This document shows positions 62,778 through 64,000 of a stretch of 64,000 nucleotides of DNA, piece by piece; the stretch's first letter is position 1; each line of letters begins with the position of its first letter. The notes beneath the pieces are model-generated. The model was not told where the DNA came from, did not search any database, and worked only from the letters and a program-made list of their open reading frames with translations. This DNA is from Lama glama (lineage: Eukaryota), in contig CM052817.1 in NCBI GenBank assembly GCA_028534125.1, positions 78,866,001 to 78,930,000 on the forward strand. Reading direction: 5' to 3'. A program made the position numbers and the translations under genes.

Positions 62778-64000
62778 AATGTCAGCAAATTGACAGAGGA
62801 AGAAGACATGGACCTTCCTTTCTCCCACAAACACACCAATTTAGCAACAGTTCATGGGCAGATTTCCTTTGTGAGGAATTCAGGAGAAATCGTAAGATTC
62901 CTGCATACTTGGCAAACATGAAACCAGACTGAAGTCAGTAGAGAAATTCAGGAAACCCTCTATCCAGAATTGTTGCCCCTAGTGCAATGCCATATGCTCA
63001 GGATGAGATCCTCTAGGTCCCAGCTTCTGCTAGAGGAGGAAAATCATTGGTTTATGCATCCAGCACTTCAATTTTACTGAGGGAGCTCCCCCTCAGGGCT
63101 GGATTCTCTCTCGCAGAAACCAAAACAGACAGTCAAGGAAAATAAAGAATCAGGCAAAGACGTTCCAGATGAACAAGATAAATCTCCAGAAACTGATCCT
63201 AATGAAGCAGAATTATATGATTTATCTGAAAGAGAATTCAGAATTGCTGTTTTAATTGCTAACCCAGGTCAAGAGAACAATACATGAACAAGTGAAAAAT
63301 TTCCACAATGAAGTAGGGAACATTAAATAGTACCAAGTAGAAATCATGGAGCTAAAGATTACAATAACCAAAGTGAAAAATTCACTAGAAATGTTCATCA
63401 TCAGACTATGTCAAGCAGAAGAAAGAATCCATGAACTCAGAGATTGGTAATTGGAAATCTTCAAAGGGACAAAAAAAAAAGAAAGAAAAACAATAAAGCA
63501 TAAGAGACTTATGTGACATCATCATGCATACCAATATAAACACTGTGGGATTCCCAGAAAGAGAGAAAAAATTAGACAGCTTATTCAAAGTAATAATGGC
63601 TGGAAACCCCCTAAATCTGGGGAAGGAAATAGATATCCAGACAAGAATCCCAAAAGACAGAAATAAGACACCAAAGAAACCCACACTGAGAGACATTATA
63701 ATCAAGTTGTCAAAAGCCAAACAAAGAGACAACTTTGAAAGCAGTAAGAGAAAAGAGACTTGTCACATATAAGGGAATCCCCTCCCCATAAAACCATCAC
63801 TGAATTTTTTAGCAGAAACTTTGCAGGCCCAGAAGAGAGTGGAATGATATATTCAAAGTGCTAAAAGAAAAAAGTGCTACCCAAGAATGCTATAACCAGC
63901 AAAACTATCCTTAAAAAATGAAAGAGATAAAGACTTTCCCAGACAAATAAAAGCTGAAGGGGTTCATCACTACTAGATCTATTTTATAAGAAATGTTAAA
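62778..64000 (+). mobile_element. L1 5' end with short 5' UTR and decayed ORF1, cut by window edge
   Basis: ORF1 peptide LFKVIMAGNPLNLGKEIDIQ…KKPTLRDIIIKLSK; gcagaaactttgcaggcc…gagtggaatgatatattcaaagtgct. Confidence 0.9.

Overview
Eutherian nuclear DNA, AT-rich and CpG-poor, made up mostly of old and nested transposable elements. There is no prokaryotic-type system, CRISPR array, RNA gene or intact protein-coding gene that I can support. Most longer ORFs in the track are broken LINE-1 ORF1/ORF2 pieces or their antisense frames. The youngest L1 3' UTR (…TACACCAGAAATTGACACAACATTGTAAACTGACTATACTTCAATAAA) and the lack of recognisable Alu, B1/B2, CAN, PRE-1, Bov-tA/A2 or CHR SINEs suggest a camelid (inference from recalled consensus sequences). 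Contents: one full-length decayed L1 (42.9-49.6 kb), several near-full-length or internally deleted L1s, many 5'-truncated L1 tails (several with readable TSDs), MaLR/ERVL/ERV1 LTRs, L2, MIR, MER58A, microsatellites and a 100-N scaffold gap. Non-repeat islands (about 12.4-13.7, 18.0-21.9, 29.9-31.4 and 41.7-42.9 kb) hold weak candidate exons and candidate regulatory elements. The most interesting signals are mechanistic scars: a tail-less internal L1 segment bracketed by a 12-bp duplication, a TSD-flanked L1 with both ends but no ORF1, a 29-bp micro-inversion, a templated-filler deletion junction and an unexplained perfect 29-bp direct repeat. Subfamily names come from remembered consensus similarity and need RepeatMasker/Dfam confirmation; boundaries are approximate unless a TSD is given.
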